Shown piece by piece: positions 57,141 to 57,502 of a stretch of DNA of 57,502 bases (within the stretch, counting starts at the first letter, position 1; every line of letters starts with the position of its first letter). Source of the stretch: Candidatus Komeilibacteria bacterium (GTDB lineage: Bacteria > Patescibacteriota > Patescibacteriia > UBA1558 > 2-01-FULL-52-15); NCBI GenBank assembly GCA_043801745.1, contig JAZDLR010000025.1, forward strand, positions 1 to 57,502, written 5' to 3'. Below the pieces are notes generated by a model. The model made no database searches. It saw only the letters and a program-made list of their open reading frames with translations, and had not been told where the DNA came from. Made by a program: the position numbers and the translations under genes.

Positions 57141-57502
57141 ATGAAAAAAATGCAATTAAAAGGATCGTGGATTATTAAGGCACCTCGGGAAAAAGTTTAT
57201 AAGATAATGAGCGATTTTGAGAACATGCCCAGATACTTTCCGGATGTTGCCGAGTCACTTCGTATTGTTAAGCGAGAGGGTAATAATCTTACGATAGAGG
57301 CCAAAGCTAAAAGCTTTGGTCGGGTTATTCTCACTAAGATGCAAACACAGCTCCGTCCGCCAATAGGGTATGTGTCAGATAATAAAAGTGCTATTGGCAC
57401 CGCGGGACACGAAGAGTTTTTGCTGGAGGAAGTGCTAGAAGGCACAAAAATTTATTATACCTATGACCTGGAAATCAATAATGTATTTTTGCGTATTTTT
57501 GG
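57141..57502 (+). CDS. SRPBCC/START-like protein, 3' end beyond the window
   Basis: IKAPREKVYKIMSDFENMPRYFP N-terminal pattern; frame open to the window end. Confidence 0.75.
   Translation, partial: MKKMQLKGSWIIKAPREKVYKIMSDFENMPRYFPDVAESLRIVKREGNNLTIEAKAKSFGRVILTKMQTQLRPPIGYVSDNKSAIGTAGHEEFLLEEVLEGTKIYYTYDLEINNVFLRIF

Noticed and set aside
57197-57445. 82-aa minus-strand ORF
   Set aside because: Antisense shadow of the plus-strand SRPBCC gene
1-57502. CRISPR array
   Set aside because: No regularly spaced identical repeats with unique spacers; the repeats are dispersed palindromes or heptamers, and there is no cas operon

Overview
This 57.5 kb window is most consistent with a Patescibacteria/CPR (Parcubacteria-like) chromosome. 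That assignment is an inference: rpmD/uL30 is absent from the spc block, ComEC is split, core genes lack Shine-Dalgarno (SD) motifs, and there are many single-TM surface proteins. TGA is used as a stop and prfB is present, so the genetic code is standard code 11. Core content: ybeY-ftsA-ftsZ-nrdR-htrA-prfB, comEC, ndk, rpmB, the str/S10/spc ribosomal blocks (rpsL to secY), adk-map, yqgF, a wecA-like gene, rplU, recR-ybaB-dnaB, tRNA-Lys(TTT), tRNA-Asn(GTT), sod and tspO. No CRISPR, integrase, transposase or reverse transcriptase gene was recognised. The unusual signal is non-coding. (1) Short GC-rich palindromic modules (CCCGCC...GGCGGG / CCTGCC...GGCAGG) are inserted in frame into genes, sit interchangeably at one site of a larger REP/MITE-like repeat, and replace the T-arm of a duplicated tRNA 3' half. 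(2) Self-contained orphan gene cassettes (sigma70 promoter, boxA-like motif, ACGGAGG SD, ORF, terminator) are wedged into conserved operons whose own genes use SD-less TAA-T-ATG junctions. (3) There are 7-nt-periodic intergenic repeats, 3'-end duplications of conserved genes, structured ribosomal-operon leaders and several unannotated small ORFs. All calls are from reading the sequence by eye; no searches were run.
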